Assembly: GCA_022730015.1 (NCBI GenBank)
Contig: DZBU01000001.1
Span: 1,307-65,306 of the forward strand
Length of the DNA stretch: 64,000 bases
DNA from: Candidatus Elulimicrobium sp.
GTDB lineage: Bacteria; Patescibacteriota; Minisyncoccia; Phycocordibacterales; UBA918
Direction of reading: 5' to 3'
The position numbers and the translations under genes were made by a program. The notes beneath the pieces were generated by a model. The model was not told the origin of the DNA and searched no databases. It was given only the letters and a program-made list of their open reading frames with translations. Below are positions 19,076-28,319 of the stretch, one piece after another (within the stretch, counting starts at the first letter, position 1; each line of letters opens with the position of its first letter).

Positions 19076-20398
19076 ATGGCAAAACCACTCATTGTTGCTC
19101 GTGATCTTTCGATCATCTATAACAAAGGAAAATCAAATGAGTTTAAAGCCCTGCAGGGTGTAAATACTGATATCTATGAAGGTGAATACATCATTTTGTT
19201 CGGCCCGTCTGGTTGTGGCAAGTCGACACTTATGTACTCCATTCAAGGGTCACTTCCACCTGGTGAAGGGACACTCCTGATTAAGGGTGACGATGTGTAT
19301 TCATATCCGCCGTCAGAGCGCGTGTATTTTCAACGATATGTGATGGGAATTATTTTCCAATCTTTCAATCTTATCGGTTCGCTTTCCGTACTCGACAACG
19401 TTGCGCTACCGATGATCTTTTGTGATACCGACAAGACCACGCGCAACCGTCGCGCGCAATCACTGCTTGATCGATTTGGGGTAGGACATGTTTCTCACAA
19501 ACTTCCGGCTATGCTTTCGGGGGGTCAGCAGCAGCGTGTGTCAGTAGCTCGGTCGATGGTTAACGATCCAAAGATCCTTCTGGCTGACGAACCAACTGGA
19601 AACCTGGACTCAGTTTCAACGCAACAGGTAATGGATAAGATTGATGAGATAAATACGTTCGATCGTCGAACTATTATTATGGTGTCTCACAACGCTGCTC
19701 ACTTGAGTTACGCACACCGAGTATATTATTTGAAGGATGGTTTTATTGTCCGTGAGGTTGTTAATCCACAGCGCAAACAGATCAAACCAGTGCGCGAAGG
19801 TGAAACCATTGTGACAGAGCTTGAGCAGCTTGCTCGACTGTATCCTTATGACTCAGTGGAGACTTTACGAGTAAAGAGCATGGTAAATTTCCTGACTCAG
19901 GAGTTCACATTTGATCAGATCATTCGTATTGAACGAGCGATTGGGTTGTTTATTCAGGGACGAGTTGACCGAGATAGTCTGATCAAAAGTTTGATTCTAT
20001 CACCGGAACGCGGGGGAGTTGGTATCTCAGAGCGTGAAGCGAGGGCGATGGCAACCACGGCCGAAAAAATGATTGATCGTTCGGCTGACATCAAGCGTTT
20101 TCGTGCTCGTAAAGACAACGACAATATTTTCTTCAGTCAGCACAAACTAGCAGAACGAATGCGAGACCATTTGGTACACGAGTTCAGGATCAAGCTCACA
20201 AAAGAACAGGATGAAAACTTGATTGAACTCATTGCTGATCGCGTGACCGGTGTGGTCACTCAAGAAGAATTAAACGAACGTCTTGCAAAAGGGGTGCGAG
20301 CTCGCGGTTTGGCTTTGAGTGAAAAAGAGGCTGATACGATGACTCGTTATTTCGAGAAAATCATCGCCCAGGGAGTAGATGTGAGTTACAAGAATTAA
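19076..20398 (+). CDS. ABC transporter ATP-binding protein (MacB/FtsE/LolD-like NBD) with an unusual ~220-aa helical C-terminal extension.
   Basis: Walker A GPSGCGKST, ABC signature LSGGQQQRVSVARS, Walker B ILLADEPTGNLD, H-loop SHN. I prefer ATG 19076 (MAKPLIVARDL) over the tracked 19049 start. Confidence 0.85.
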   Translation: MAKPLIVARDLSIIYNKGKSNEFKALQGVNTDIYEGEYIILFGPSGCGKSTLMYSIQGSLPPGEGTLLIKGDDVYSYPPSERVYFQRYVMGIIFQSFNLIGSLSVLDNVALPMIFCDTDKTTRNRRAQSLLDRFGVGHVSHKLPAMLSGGQQQRVSVARSMVNDPKILLADEPTGNLDSVSTQQVMDKIDEINTFDRRTIIMVSHNAAHLSYAHRVYYLKDGFIVREVVNPQRKQIKPVREGETIVTELEQLARLYPYDSVETLRVKSMVNFLTQEFTFDQIIRIERAIGLFIQGRVDRDSLIKSLILSPERGGVGISEREARAMATTAEKMIDRSADIKRFRARKDNDNIFFSQHKLAERMRDHLVHEFRIKLTKEQDENLIELIADRVTGVVTQEELNERLAKGVRARGLALSEKEADTMTRYFEKIIAQGVDVSYKN

Positions 20399-20427
20399 TT
20401 ATTGCGCTGGTGTGCGATAATGGATGA

Positions 20428-21642
20428 GTGAGAGTGCAAGATCTAGCACAACTTTCGACACGTATGTTCAAAACCAACCCGCTACGAACGTGGTTGACGA
20501 TTTTAGGTATGGGCGTTGGTACAGGAGCAGTGGTTGTTTTGGTAGGGCTGGGGTTCGGTTTGCAGCAGATCATTCTAGAGCAGATCGTGTTCGGTGAGAC
20601 ACTGCTTTCGCTGGGGGTATCGTCGACCGGTGCTCAGGGGTTGCGACTAACTCCCGAGACAGTCGCTGAATTTGAAGCACAGGATGCAGTTCTTGATGCG
20701 GCGCCGCTCGCACGTTTCCCTGCGCTTGTCACCTATAAGGGTCTTACTGGAAACGTGTTCGTGCAAGGTGTCGAGCCACCGTATTTGCGCTTCGCTGGGG
20801 TGACAGCGGAAGCTGGGGATGTGTTTACTGACGATGATGCCGGTGACACTTCCAGTATCATGCTTTCTCCAGCGGTCTTAAAACTTTTTGGTATTGCTGA
20901 TGAGGAGGTTGCTAATTTTATTGGTCAAAAAGTATCCTTGCGACTTCTAGTGCCTGCCAATGACGGTACAGACAATGTCAATGAAATTCCAATTGATAAA
21001 GAGTACGTAGTCCGTGGTATTACCAAGGAACAGGGAGTTCTTAATGTCATGATGATGCTTCCTGAGCTTCGTAATTATGTTGCTGTTAATGAATACGAGC
21101 GGATCCAGGTACGAGTTGATTCAAATGAAAATCTACCGTTGGTTGAAAAAGCATTGATAGAGGAAGGGTATCGAGTATCCGCACTGTCAAAAACTGTTGA
21201 GCAAGCGTCAAAAATATTCCAAGGAATCCAGATCGTCTTGGCGACTTTTGGTGGTATCGCACTCATTGTGTCAGCGATCGGTATGTTCAACACGATGACC
21301 GTGACCTTGCTCGAGCGCACTAAAGAAATCGGTATTATGCGCACGATCGGTGCTTCTCCCAATGACGTAAAGTACCTGTTCGTTTCAGAATCGATCGTGG
21401 TGGGTTTTTTGGGAGGAGTGAGTGGTATTCTGATGGGGCTTACTATTGGAATTACAGTTAATTTGTTTTTGAATTTTATTGCCGGTCAATTCGGGGGACA
21501 GGCAGTAAAATTATTTTCATTTCCACTCGATTTCCTAACTTTTATTGCGCTCTTTTCAGCTGGAGTTGGTTATCTTACCGGGGTCTTTCCAGCCCGTCGA
21601 GCCTCAAAACTCAATCCGCTTGATGCTATCAAGTATGAATAG
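20428..21642 (+). CDS. ABC transporter permease, FtsX/MacB-like, with one N-terminal TM helix, a large extracytoplasmic domain and a 3-TM FtsX C-terminal domain.
   Basis: It directly follows the NBD gene. The N-terminal TM is LRTWLTILGMGVGTGAVVVLVGL. The C-terminus 'IALIVSAIGMFNTMTVTLLERTKEIGIMRTIGAS' is a typical FtsX motif region. Confidence 0.8.
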   Translation: MRVQDLAQLSTRMFKTNPLRTWLTILGMGVGTGAVVVLVGLGFGLQQIILEQIVFGETLLSLGVSSTGAQGLRLTPETVAEFEAQDAVLDAAPLARFPALVTYKGLTGNVFVQGVEPPYLRFAGVTAEAGDVFTDDDAGDTSSIMLSPAVLKLFGIADEEVANFIGQKVSLRLLVPANDGTDNVNEIPIDKEYVVRGITKEQGVLNVMMMLPELRNYVAVNEYERIQVRVDSNENLPLVEKALIEEGYRVSALSKTVEQASKIFQGIQIVLATFGGIALIVSAIGMFNTMTVTLLERTKEIGIMRTIGASPNDVKYLFVSESIVVGFLGGVSGILMGLTIGITVNLFLNFIAGQFGGQAVKLFSFPLDFLTFIALFSAGVGYLTGVFPARRASKLNPLDAIKYE

Positions 21643-21745
21643 ACATGAATATCCCTGTGTATAAATAGGTAAAATCATGTGTATAACTTGGTAATTACTC
21701 TCGCGCACCCTGTAAAATATGTATAAAGCTAATTAGTTATTTATT

Positions 21746-23602
21746 ATGTCGTACAACAACGAGAATCTGCCGCACTACGTTCGAACAGCAGGAAAGATAA
21801 CCATGATCACTGCCGTCGCAGGACTCCTGGTGTTCTTGTTTGCCTTCGTTTTTGATATTGGTACTCAGGAGCTCAATCGTGTCTCAGCTCAAACAGCCAC
21901 CACGACACTGACCGTGCTCAACACTCCTCCGGCATTCACTCTTAATCCGTATGAAGTTATTGAATCCTCGACATCAACTCCAACAAACTCAGGGAGCGTC
22001 ATTCAATGGTCTGCGATAGGTACAGATGCCAACGGTGCTGACTATTGGCTTCTGATCTGTAGCACAAGCGCTGTACCGACTCCCAATGCATCAGCAGCTC
22101 CGACCTGTGGTGCTGGTGCAGTGCAGTGGGGTGTCTCTGCACAAACGACAAGTGGAGCTCTCGCTACTGTTTCGACTACTACCCAGCAGTGGGGAGTTGG
22201 TCAGTTTGCAGAAGTGAATGTATGGTACGCATATGTTTGTGACGGTGACGCAGTAGACCCACGTTGTATCATTACACCAGAGCAGGGTGATTACGCGACA
22301 AGCTCTTCACCATTTAATATCAACAATCGTCCGGTGCTTGCCAACTTTGTCAATGACGGACCAGTAGACCCAGCCGGAGTATTGAATTTCTCCTCAACAT
22401 CAAGCGACCCTGACACAGCGGGTGGTGAAGACGACATACTCCTTGTAGTTTGTGGAACAAACACTGATTACAATGCAACCACTAACACCTGTAACAGTAA
22501 CTTCATTGCATCGACAACAATCAGTATGACTAGTGACGCGAGTGCGACCTACACCCTAGCGTCAATCGTTCGAGATGACACGTACGGAGCATACGGCTAC
22601 ATTGTTGACCAACACGGCCATGAAGCAACCGCAAACCCTCTCAATGCAGACTTTAACGTTAACAACGTTGCTCCGACTGTTCTTGGTGGTGATATAGACC
22701 TTAATGGAGGAGTGAATCTTTCTCTTTCAATTCCTGGTGGAGAAACTACCGGATTCACGCTTGGTTTTACAATTAGAGATGCCAATAGCTGTTTGAACGC
22801 TGCTTCTACAAGTGAGATAACTGCTTACGACGTTGCACTATTTAGATCTAGCTACGGAACTACCACCTGTAATGGTACCGGTGGATCATATGATCCAAAC
22901 TACTGTTATCCAAATGGCATTGCTACAACAACATGGAATCTGTCGTGTGCACCTACTACTACTTGCGCAAGTCCGCTCCAAGATTACATGGATTACACTT
23001 GTACCTTCCCACTATGGTTCGTAGCTGATCCAACCGATCCAGGACCTAATACGCCAGCATTATTTGCAGGTGACAATTGGTCAGTCGGTATTGCTGGGGA
23101 AGATGACGACACCTTGGTTGGAGCGATGTCGACCACCTCTAGTCCAGTTGAGTTGGTAAGCTTTAGTGCAATTGATATCCTCGATGCGCAAATCGCCTAC
23201 GGTGGGATTGAACCAGGAAACGATTCTGGAACCCTGTCCTCAACTTCTACTGCTCAAAACGTTGGTAATACCGGTCTTGATCAAGAAATCGTCGGTGAAT
23301 CCATGTGTGGTACCTTCTCAGTTTCAAATGAATGTATTACCTCAGCAACTTCAACTATTCCGGAGGATCAACAAAAATTCTCGACTACGTCTCTCGCTTA
23401 CGTAAGTCCGTTTGCCCAGATCCTTTCATCGACTACGCCAAACGAACTTGAACTTAACGTACCGAAGACAACATCAACATCAACTCCTAATGAGGGTACT
23501 ACTTACTGGGGTATCGCAGTTCCGATCACCATTACTCTGGCTGGAAACTACCAAGGTCTCAACACCTTTACTGCGGTAACGGCAGAAGCAGCAAACTGGT
23601 AA
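21746..23602 (+). CDS. Secreted/membrane-anchored Cys-rich surface protein with a WxL-like C-terminal module.
   Basis: N-terminal hydrophobic anchor ITMITAVAGLLVFLFAFVF and many paired Cys. The C-terminus '...AQNVGNTGLDQEIVGES...QQKFSTTSLAYVS...TTYWGIAVPITI...NTFTAV' is shared with the C-termini of 934..17424, 26030..27148 and 33372..38894. Confidence 0.7.
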   Translation: MSYNNENLPHYVRTAGKITMITAVAGLLVFLFAFVFDIGTQELNRVSAQTATTTLTVLNTPPAFTLNPYEVIESSTSTPTNSGSVIQWSAIGTDANGADYWLLICSTSAVPTPNASAAPTCGAGAVQWGVSAQTTSGALATVSTTTQQWGVGQFAEVNVWYAYVCDGDAVDPRCIITPEQGDYATSSSPFNINNRPVLANFVNDGPVDPAGVLNFSSTSSDPDTAGGEDDILLVVCGTNTDYNATTNTCNSNFIASTTISMTSDASATYTLASIVRDDTYGAYGYIVDQHGHEATANPLNADFNVNNVAPTVLGGDIDLNGGVNLSLSIPGGETTGFTLGFTIRDANSCLNAASTSEITAYDVALFRSSYGTTTCNGTGGSYDPNYCYPNGIATTTWNLSCAPTTTCASPLQDYMDYTCTFPLWFVADPTDPGPNTPALFAGDNWSVGIAGEDDDTLVGAMSTTSSPVELVSFSAIDILDAQIAYGGIEPGNDSGTLSSTSTAQNVGNTGLDQEIVGESMCGTFSVSNECITSATSTIPEDQQKFSTTSLAYVSPFAQILSSTTPNELELNVPKTTSTSTPNEGTTYWGIAVPITITLAGNYQGLNTFTAVTAEAANW

Positions 23603-23623
23603 TTGCTTTCAAAAGCATATAGC

Positions 23624-23675
23624 ACAACAACCATTGTTATTCGACAATGGTTGTTGCTTTTTATGCTCTTTTTTT
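23624..23675 (+). terminator. Rho-independent terminator.
   Basis: 12-bp stem acaacaaccattg/caatggttgttg with an 8-nt loop, followed by ctttttatgctcttttttt. Confidence 0.65.
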
Positions 23676-23696
23676 CGATAATAAGGAAACATATAC

Positions 23697-24644
23697 ATGG
23701 TTAAAATCCTGCGTAATCTCCTGATGATTGTTCTTCTAATGCCAGTGCTTTTTGTGAGCCTTGGTGTCACAGAAGTATTTGCCGGTTTCGGAATTACGCC
23801 TCCTTATGTTAGTAATACTAGCCTGACTAGAAATTCTACTTACGAACAGCAAGTCCTTCTAGTTCGTAGTGAAACTAACATTTCGCAGAAAGCGGAAATT
23901 ACTATTGATGCACCTGAGATACAAGATTGGATTCAAATTGTTGAAGGTGATGTCATCAAGATGCCTCGAGGTGAACAAAAGGTCCCAATGACCGTCCGTA
24001 TCACGGTACCTGAGGATGCTGAATTCAAGGATTATAAAGGAGCTATCCGTATCAGAACACTTCCTGATGACGATCAGGTTGCGCCTGGTGCAGTTAGTAT
24101 TTCTCTTGGTGCTCTGGTCGATATTGATCTGTCAGTCATTGATCGAAAGATCTTTGATTTTAGTGTGCGTAAGATCTCAGCTGCTGACCTCAATGAAGGA
24201 CATAAGCTTTTCTGGTTGTTCTTCCCTGGAAAGATCAATTTCGATATGATGATTGAGAATACGGGTAACGTCGATATTGTTCCGAGTAAAGTAGAATTCC
24301 GTATCTTTGATCGAGCTGGGAAGGTGTTGCTCGAAGAAACAAAGAATATTGGTAAAATCAAAAAGATTAAACCGTACGCCACGGAAACGGTGACGGCAGA
24401 ACTCCCAACCCGTTTACCCGCAGGTAGTTATGTGGCACGTTACCGAGTCTTCAACGGTGAGGATGTCAAACATGAAGGTGATATTAGTTTAAATATTCTT
24501 GCGGCGGGTACATTAGAGACTGCTAATTTCGGTTTTGCTGGACTCTCAATTGCTCATAAGGTATCAGTCTTGCTGCCTGTGTTTGCTCTTATCATTGCTG
24601 CAATCTATATCTGGCACATGCGTCGTCGATCATCAAGAAGGTAG
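23697..24644 (+). CDS. DUF916-like cell-surface protein: signal peptide, ~270-aa ectodomain, C-terminal TM helix and a short basic tail.
   Basis: N-terminus MVKILRNLLMIVLLMPVLFVSLGVTEVFA. The ectodomain starts 'GFGITPPYV...' in the same pattern as the 38900 and 39894 proteins. C-terminus VSVLLPVFALIIAAIYIWHMRRRSSRR. Confidence 0.65.
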   Translation: MVKILRNLLMIVLLMPVLFVSLGVTEVFAGFGITPPYVSNTSLTRNSTYEQQVLLVRSETNISQKAEITIDAPEIQDWIQIVEGDVIKMPRGEQKVPMTVRITVPEDAEFKDYKGAIRIRTLPDDDQVAPGAVSISLGALVDIDLSVIDRKIFDFSVRKISAADLNEGHKLFWLFFPGKINFDMMIENTGNVDIVPSKVEFRIFDRAGKVLLEETKNIGKIKKIKPYATETVTAELPTRLPAGSYVARYRVFNGEDVKHEGDISLNILAAGTLETANFGFAGLSIAHKVSVLLPVFALIIAAIYIWHMRRRSSRR

Positions 24645-24645
24645 T

Positions 24646-25752
24646 ATGAGACTATTCTGGCTACTTTTTTTAGGCACTATGATAGTGACGCCAGAAGCCG
24701 TCACTGCCCAGACTAATTTATATTCTACGACCACCCTGACAGTCAGTATCTGTGGTAATGAAATCGTTGATGATGGTGAACAGTGTGATGTACTAGGAGA
24801 AACTGGCGTGTACAGTCAGACGATTGCTGGACGACAGTGTACGGTCTCCTGCATGTTTGGGCCCTATTGCGGAGACGGTATTCTGCAAACTCTTAACGAG
24901 GAAGAGTGTGACGATGGTAACAATGATAATTTAGACTTCTGTTCTGCCCTATGTAAGATCGAACCGGCCGGTTCCGGTGGTGGTGGTTCGTCAGGTGGTG
25001 GTTCTGGCGGCGGCGGGGGAAGCTCTCGCGATCTTGGGGATACTATCATTAGTGTAATTGGACGTGCGTATCCTTCGCGAACAATTAATTTTTTACTTGA
25101 TACGGTTTCGGTCGGTTCCGTGCGTTCGAGTAGTGACGGACGCTTTGAATTTTCGACTGCTGCTTCGCCTGGTACTGCGACGCTTGGTATTTGGGCAACA
25201 GACGCTGATGGCAATCGTTCGATCACGCTCAACAATACCTTTGATATCACACAAGGTGCTATCACAAACCTTAACGGTATTATTCTTCCACCAACCCTAC
25301 GTGTGCCGTCACAAAATATTGATCCAGGTGCGGTGCTCATTGTCTCTGGTGAGAGTGTGCCGAATGCCTCGGTTGAACTGCATGTTGATAATAGTGCGAT
25401 AGTAGAAAGCGCCGCTGTTGGCGCGGATGGAAAATGGACCGTCTCACTTAATACCAGTCGTTTATCGATTGCGGAACATACGCTACGAGCACGCACTATA
25501 GTTGGCACCCCACCACTTACCACTACAAGTAGTTTCAGTTCGTCAATGCAACTATTTGTTGGTGTTGAAGGTCGTGCAACATCACCTTCTGACCTTAACC
25601 GAGACGGATCGGTCAATTTGATCGACTTTTCTATTATGATCTTTTGGTGGGGAACCAATGGTGGAGATTCTGATCCACCAGCTGACATAAATGGTAATGC
25701 TAGAGTCAGTCTTGAGGACTTTTCTATTCTACTGTTCAACTGGACTGGATGA
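24646..25752 (+). CDS. Secreted dockerin-bearing protein: Myxococcus-type Cys-rich repeats, a Gly/Ser linker, Ig-like region(s) and a C-terminal type-I dockerin-like pair.
   Basis: True start ATG 24646 (MRLFWLLFLGTMIVTPEAVTAQ), which overlaps the preceding stop. 'CGDGILQTLNEEECDDGNNDNLDFCSALC', 'GSGGGGSSGGGSGGGGGSS'. Dockerin repeats 'DLNRDGSVNLIDFSIMIFWW' and 'DINGNARVSLEDFSILLFNW'. The TGA stop shows the standard code. Confidence 0.75.
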   Translation: MRLFWLLFLGTMIVTPEAVTAQTNLYSTTTLTVSICGNEIVDDGEQCDVLGETGVYSQTIAGRQCTVSCMFGPYCGDGILQTLNEEECDDGNNDNLDFCSALCKIEPAGSGGGGSSGGGSGGGGGSSRDLGDTIISVIGRAYPSRTINFLLDTVSVGSVRSSSDGRFEFSTAASPGTATLGIWATDADGNRSITLNNTFDITQGAITNLNGIILPPTLRVPSQNIDPGAVLIVSGESVPNASVELHVDNSAIVESAAVGADGKWTVSLNTSRLSIAEHTLRARTIVGTPPLTTTSSFSSSMQLFVGVEGRATSPSDLNRDGSVNLIDFSIMIFWWGTNGGDSDPPADINGNARVSLEDFSILLFNWTG

Positions 25753-25759
25753 TGAAGTA

Positions 25760-25785
25760 AAAACAGCTGCCATGGCAGCTGTTTT
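25760..25785 (+). terminator. Rho-independent terminator (perfect palindrome aaaacagctgccatggcagctgtttt, then T-rich).
   Basis: Read directly. It follows the stop at 25752. Confidence 0.6.
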
Positions 25786-26029
25786 GTGTATAAGTGACAC
25801 ATAAATTTCTTTCGGCATCGTACAATGAATGAGTATCTGCAAAGGAGGTAATCAATTAGTATTACTGCACGCGCTTTTTTAGCACGTGAGCACTTCAGCC
25901 GAGTGTGACTTTGTAGGTATACTTACAGTACGCATACATTAGAAGCGGAGTGGAGACCACTTCTAAGCACGATATTTCGTCTGAATCCTCACTATATAAA
26001 TTCAGGCTGTAAGGTAATACAACGTAGAT

Positions 26030-27148
26030 ATGCACAGAGCGTCAAACACGTTCTCAGTGCTCCAAGCTACCGCAGCGATAGTTGCCATGGCCATCATTCT
26101 TTGGTCCCTTGGCATCTCATCGATCCGCTTCGCGGAAGCTGCAAATGTCACCTCATTTAGTGATACACTGTCGAGCTCAGCTCCGACAGTCGCATCAGAC
26201 CACACCATTACGTTTACTACTCCTACTGGAGTAACAAACGGACAGACGATCACTGTTGATTTCTCAAATGGTCCATTTGTAGTCGGTTCAGTTGATTTTA
26301 CTGATATCGACGTCGCAACAACCTCTGGTGAATTTACTCTAGCCGCTGACTGTGCAGGCACAGACATGGCTAGTGCAGCATTTGCTGGAACTCTTCTTAC
26401 CATCACGATGTGTGCTGGTGACGGAGGTCTTATTGTTGCAAATGGAACTACTACCATTCAGATTGGTTTGAATGCAGCTGGCGGTAACGCTCAGCTCACA
26501 AATCCAGCTATTGGTTCTTACGAAATCAATTTGACCGCTGGTGCGTCTGACTCAGGTTCGACTCGAGTAGCAATCATCAGTACAGTTAACGTCACTGCTT
26601 CTGTTGATACCCTCTTTACCTTCTCGGTAACTGGTGTCGCAGGAAACCAAACAGTGAACGGAACTACTACTGGAGCTACTACTACAGCAACACTCATTCC
26701 ATTTGGAGTGCTTGATGCTGGCGTAGCTAGTACTGCTGCTCAAGATCTTTCCATTGTCACAAACGCACGAAATGGTTTCGTCGTTACTGTGACTGCAGAC
26801 GGGCAGCTCGATTCATCAACCGGTGCTGACATTGATGGTTTCCGTAATGGAAACTACGCTGCAACACCAGTTGCGTGGGAAGGACCAAGTTCTGCAGTTG
26901 GCTCAGAAGAGACGTATGGTCACTGGGGTCTAACCTCAGACGATACTGACCACTTCGCAGCCACACAGACCTATGTGTCAGCCTCAACCACACCGGTTGA
27001 AGTGTTTACACACTCGGGTCCGACAGATGGAACAACTACCGGCCAGGGTACTACCCGCGTCGGATACACCGTACAAATCGGCTCGCTTCAAGAAGCAGCT
27101 GATGACTACACTGCTACGCTGACATACGTAGCAACGCCAGTTTTTTAA
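26030..27148 (+). CDS. Secreted protein with a WxL-like C-terminal module. The N-terminus resembles a SipW-cognate/TasA-type signal ('...IRFAEA|ANVTSFSDTLSSS').
   Basis: The signal has n/h/c regions. 'IVTNARNGFVVTVTADGQL', 'HWGLTSDD', and the C-terminus 'DDYTATLTYVATPVF' is comparable to 'AGDYQTSIVYMSIPVF' of the 33372 protein. Confidence 0.7.
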   Translation: MHRASNTFSVLQATAAIVAMAIILWSLGISSIRFAEAANVTSFSDTLSSSAPTVASDHTITFTTPTGVTNGQTITVDFSNGPFVVGSVDFTDIDVATTSGEFTLAADCAGTDMASAAFAGTLLTITMCAGDGGLIVANGTTTIQIGLNAAGGNAQLTNPAIGSYEINLTAGASDSGSTRVAIISTVNVTASVDTLFTFSVTGVAGNQTVNGTTTGATTTATLIPFGVLDAGVASTAAQDLSIVTNARNGFVVTVTADGQLDSSTGADIDGFRNGNYAATPVAWEGPSSAVGSEETYGHWGLTSDDTDHFAATQTYVSASTTPVEVFTHSGPTDGTTTGQGTTRVGYTVQIGSLQEAADDYTATLTYVATPVF

Positions 27149-27149
27149 A

Positions 27150-27215
27150 AAATTGGCTCCAAGCTTGGAGTAAAACAAAAAACCCTATCTCCCACCACGA
27201 GACGGGTTTTTTGTA
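27150..27215 (+). terminator. Terminator region: palindrome ctccaagcttggag plus the hairpin ccctatctcccaccacgagacggg followed by ttttttg.
   Basis: Read directly after the stop at 27148. Confidence 0.5.
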
Positions 27216-27263
27216 TGTGTACAGGACAGCGAGGAGACGTTAATCCACTGCTATACTAGTATC

Positions 27264-28310
27264 ATGAAATGGAACCTTACCTTTTTATCGCTGCTTTTTT
27301 TTGGGTTTGTAATTACGACACTTCCGCAGACAGTGACTGCTGCTTCACTCTATATTGATCCAGCGACCAGTGTCGTCAATCGTGGCGACTCGATTACCCT
27401 GGCAGTTCGCCTCGATACTGACGAGGAAAATGGTGAATGTGTAAACACTGTTGACGGAACCATAAAATATTCAGAAAACATTGAAGCAGTAGATACTTCA
27501 ATTGGTGATTCTATATTTCGTTTGTGGATAGAAGCGCCCACTATTAATCCTGCCGATCGTACGATTACTTTTGCTGGGGGGATACCAAATGGTTACTGTG
27601 GTCGAGTCGCTGGAGATCCACGTTTGACCAATGTGCTATTTGAGATTGTTTTGCAGTCACCAGGCTTTTCAGTGGGAAGCGGAGGAACAACGGCTACGAT
27701 CGATTTTGCTCCAGAAAGCTCAGCGCTTTTAAATGATGGGTTTGGTACTAAAGCTGAGCTCGTAACGTATCCTGCGAAAATTGAGCTTGATCCGCGACCT
27801 GGTACATCGCTACAAAATCCGTGGCGTGAAGAAGTGTTGACTGACAGTGTTCCACCAGAAGAATTTGTTATAAGCCTTCAGTTAAAAGGTGAAGTAAATG
27901 CTGATAAGCACTACATCACCTTTAGTACAAATGATAAACAAACTGGTATAGATCATTATGAAGTAATAGAAGAACCGCTGACACAGTTTGGCTCATTTCA
28001 GTGGGGGAGGGCGGATGCACCGTGGGTGATTGTAAATGAACCAGAAAATATAAGGTATGTTCTTAATGACCAGTCACTGAATAGTATCATTCGGGTTAAA
28101 GCGATCGACAAGGCTGGCAATGAGTATGTCGCAACGTTAATTCCAGATGATTCACTCCGAACAGTTTCAGGTGATCAGTTGCTCATCATCGTTGCTGGAG
28201 TTGGTGTTGTCATTTTGTTTGCTGTGATTGGATTAGTGGTCTGGTCACGAATACGAAATCGCCGCAAGACAATCGACGTTGCGTCTACAAAAAATGATGA
28301 GCAAGCATAA
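27264..28310 (+). CDS. Cohesin-domain surface protein (signal peptide, cohesin-like module, Ig-like region, C-terminal TM, short basic tail).
   Basis: Signal MKWNLTFLSLLFFGFVITTLPQTVTA. The cohesin-like 'ITLAVRLDTDE...VDGTIKYSENIEAVDTSIGDSIF...ITFAGGIPNGY...TNVLFEIVLQSPG' resembles the Pfam cohesin consensus as I recall it ('ikYDpsvLevvsv..G'). TM LIIVAGVGVVILFAVIGLVVW. Confidence 0.75.
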   Translation: MKWNLTFLSLLFFGFVITTLPQTVTAASLYIDPATSVVNRGDSITLAVRLDTDEENGECVNTVDGTIKYSENIEAVDTSIGDSIFRLWIEAPTINPADRTITFAGGIPNGYCGRVAGDPRLTNVLFEIVLQSPGFSVGSGGTTATIDFAPESSALLNDGFGTKAELVTYPAKIELDPRPGTSLQNPWREEVLTDSVPPEEFVISLQLKGEVNADKHYITFSTNDKQTGIDHYEVIEEPLTQFGSFQWGRADAPWVIVNEPENIRYVLNDQSLNSIIRVKAIDKAGNEYVATLIPDDSLRTVSGDQLLIIVAGVGVVILFAVIGLVVWSRIRNRRKTIDVASTKNDEQA

Positions 28311-28319
28311 AAAATCATT

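Noticed and set aside
24864-25802. 312-aa minus-strand ORF antisense to the dockerin-bearing gene
   Set aside because: Its Pro-rich 'PPPPPEPPPDEPPPPEP' segment is simply the reverse complement of the Gly/Ser linker. It lies wholly inside a well-supported + strand gene and has no start context or recognisable domain.
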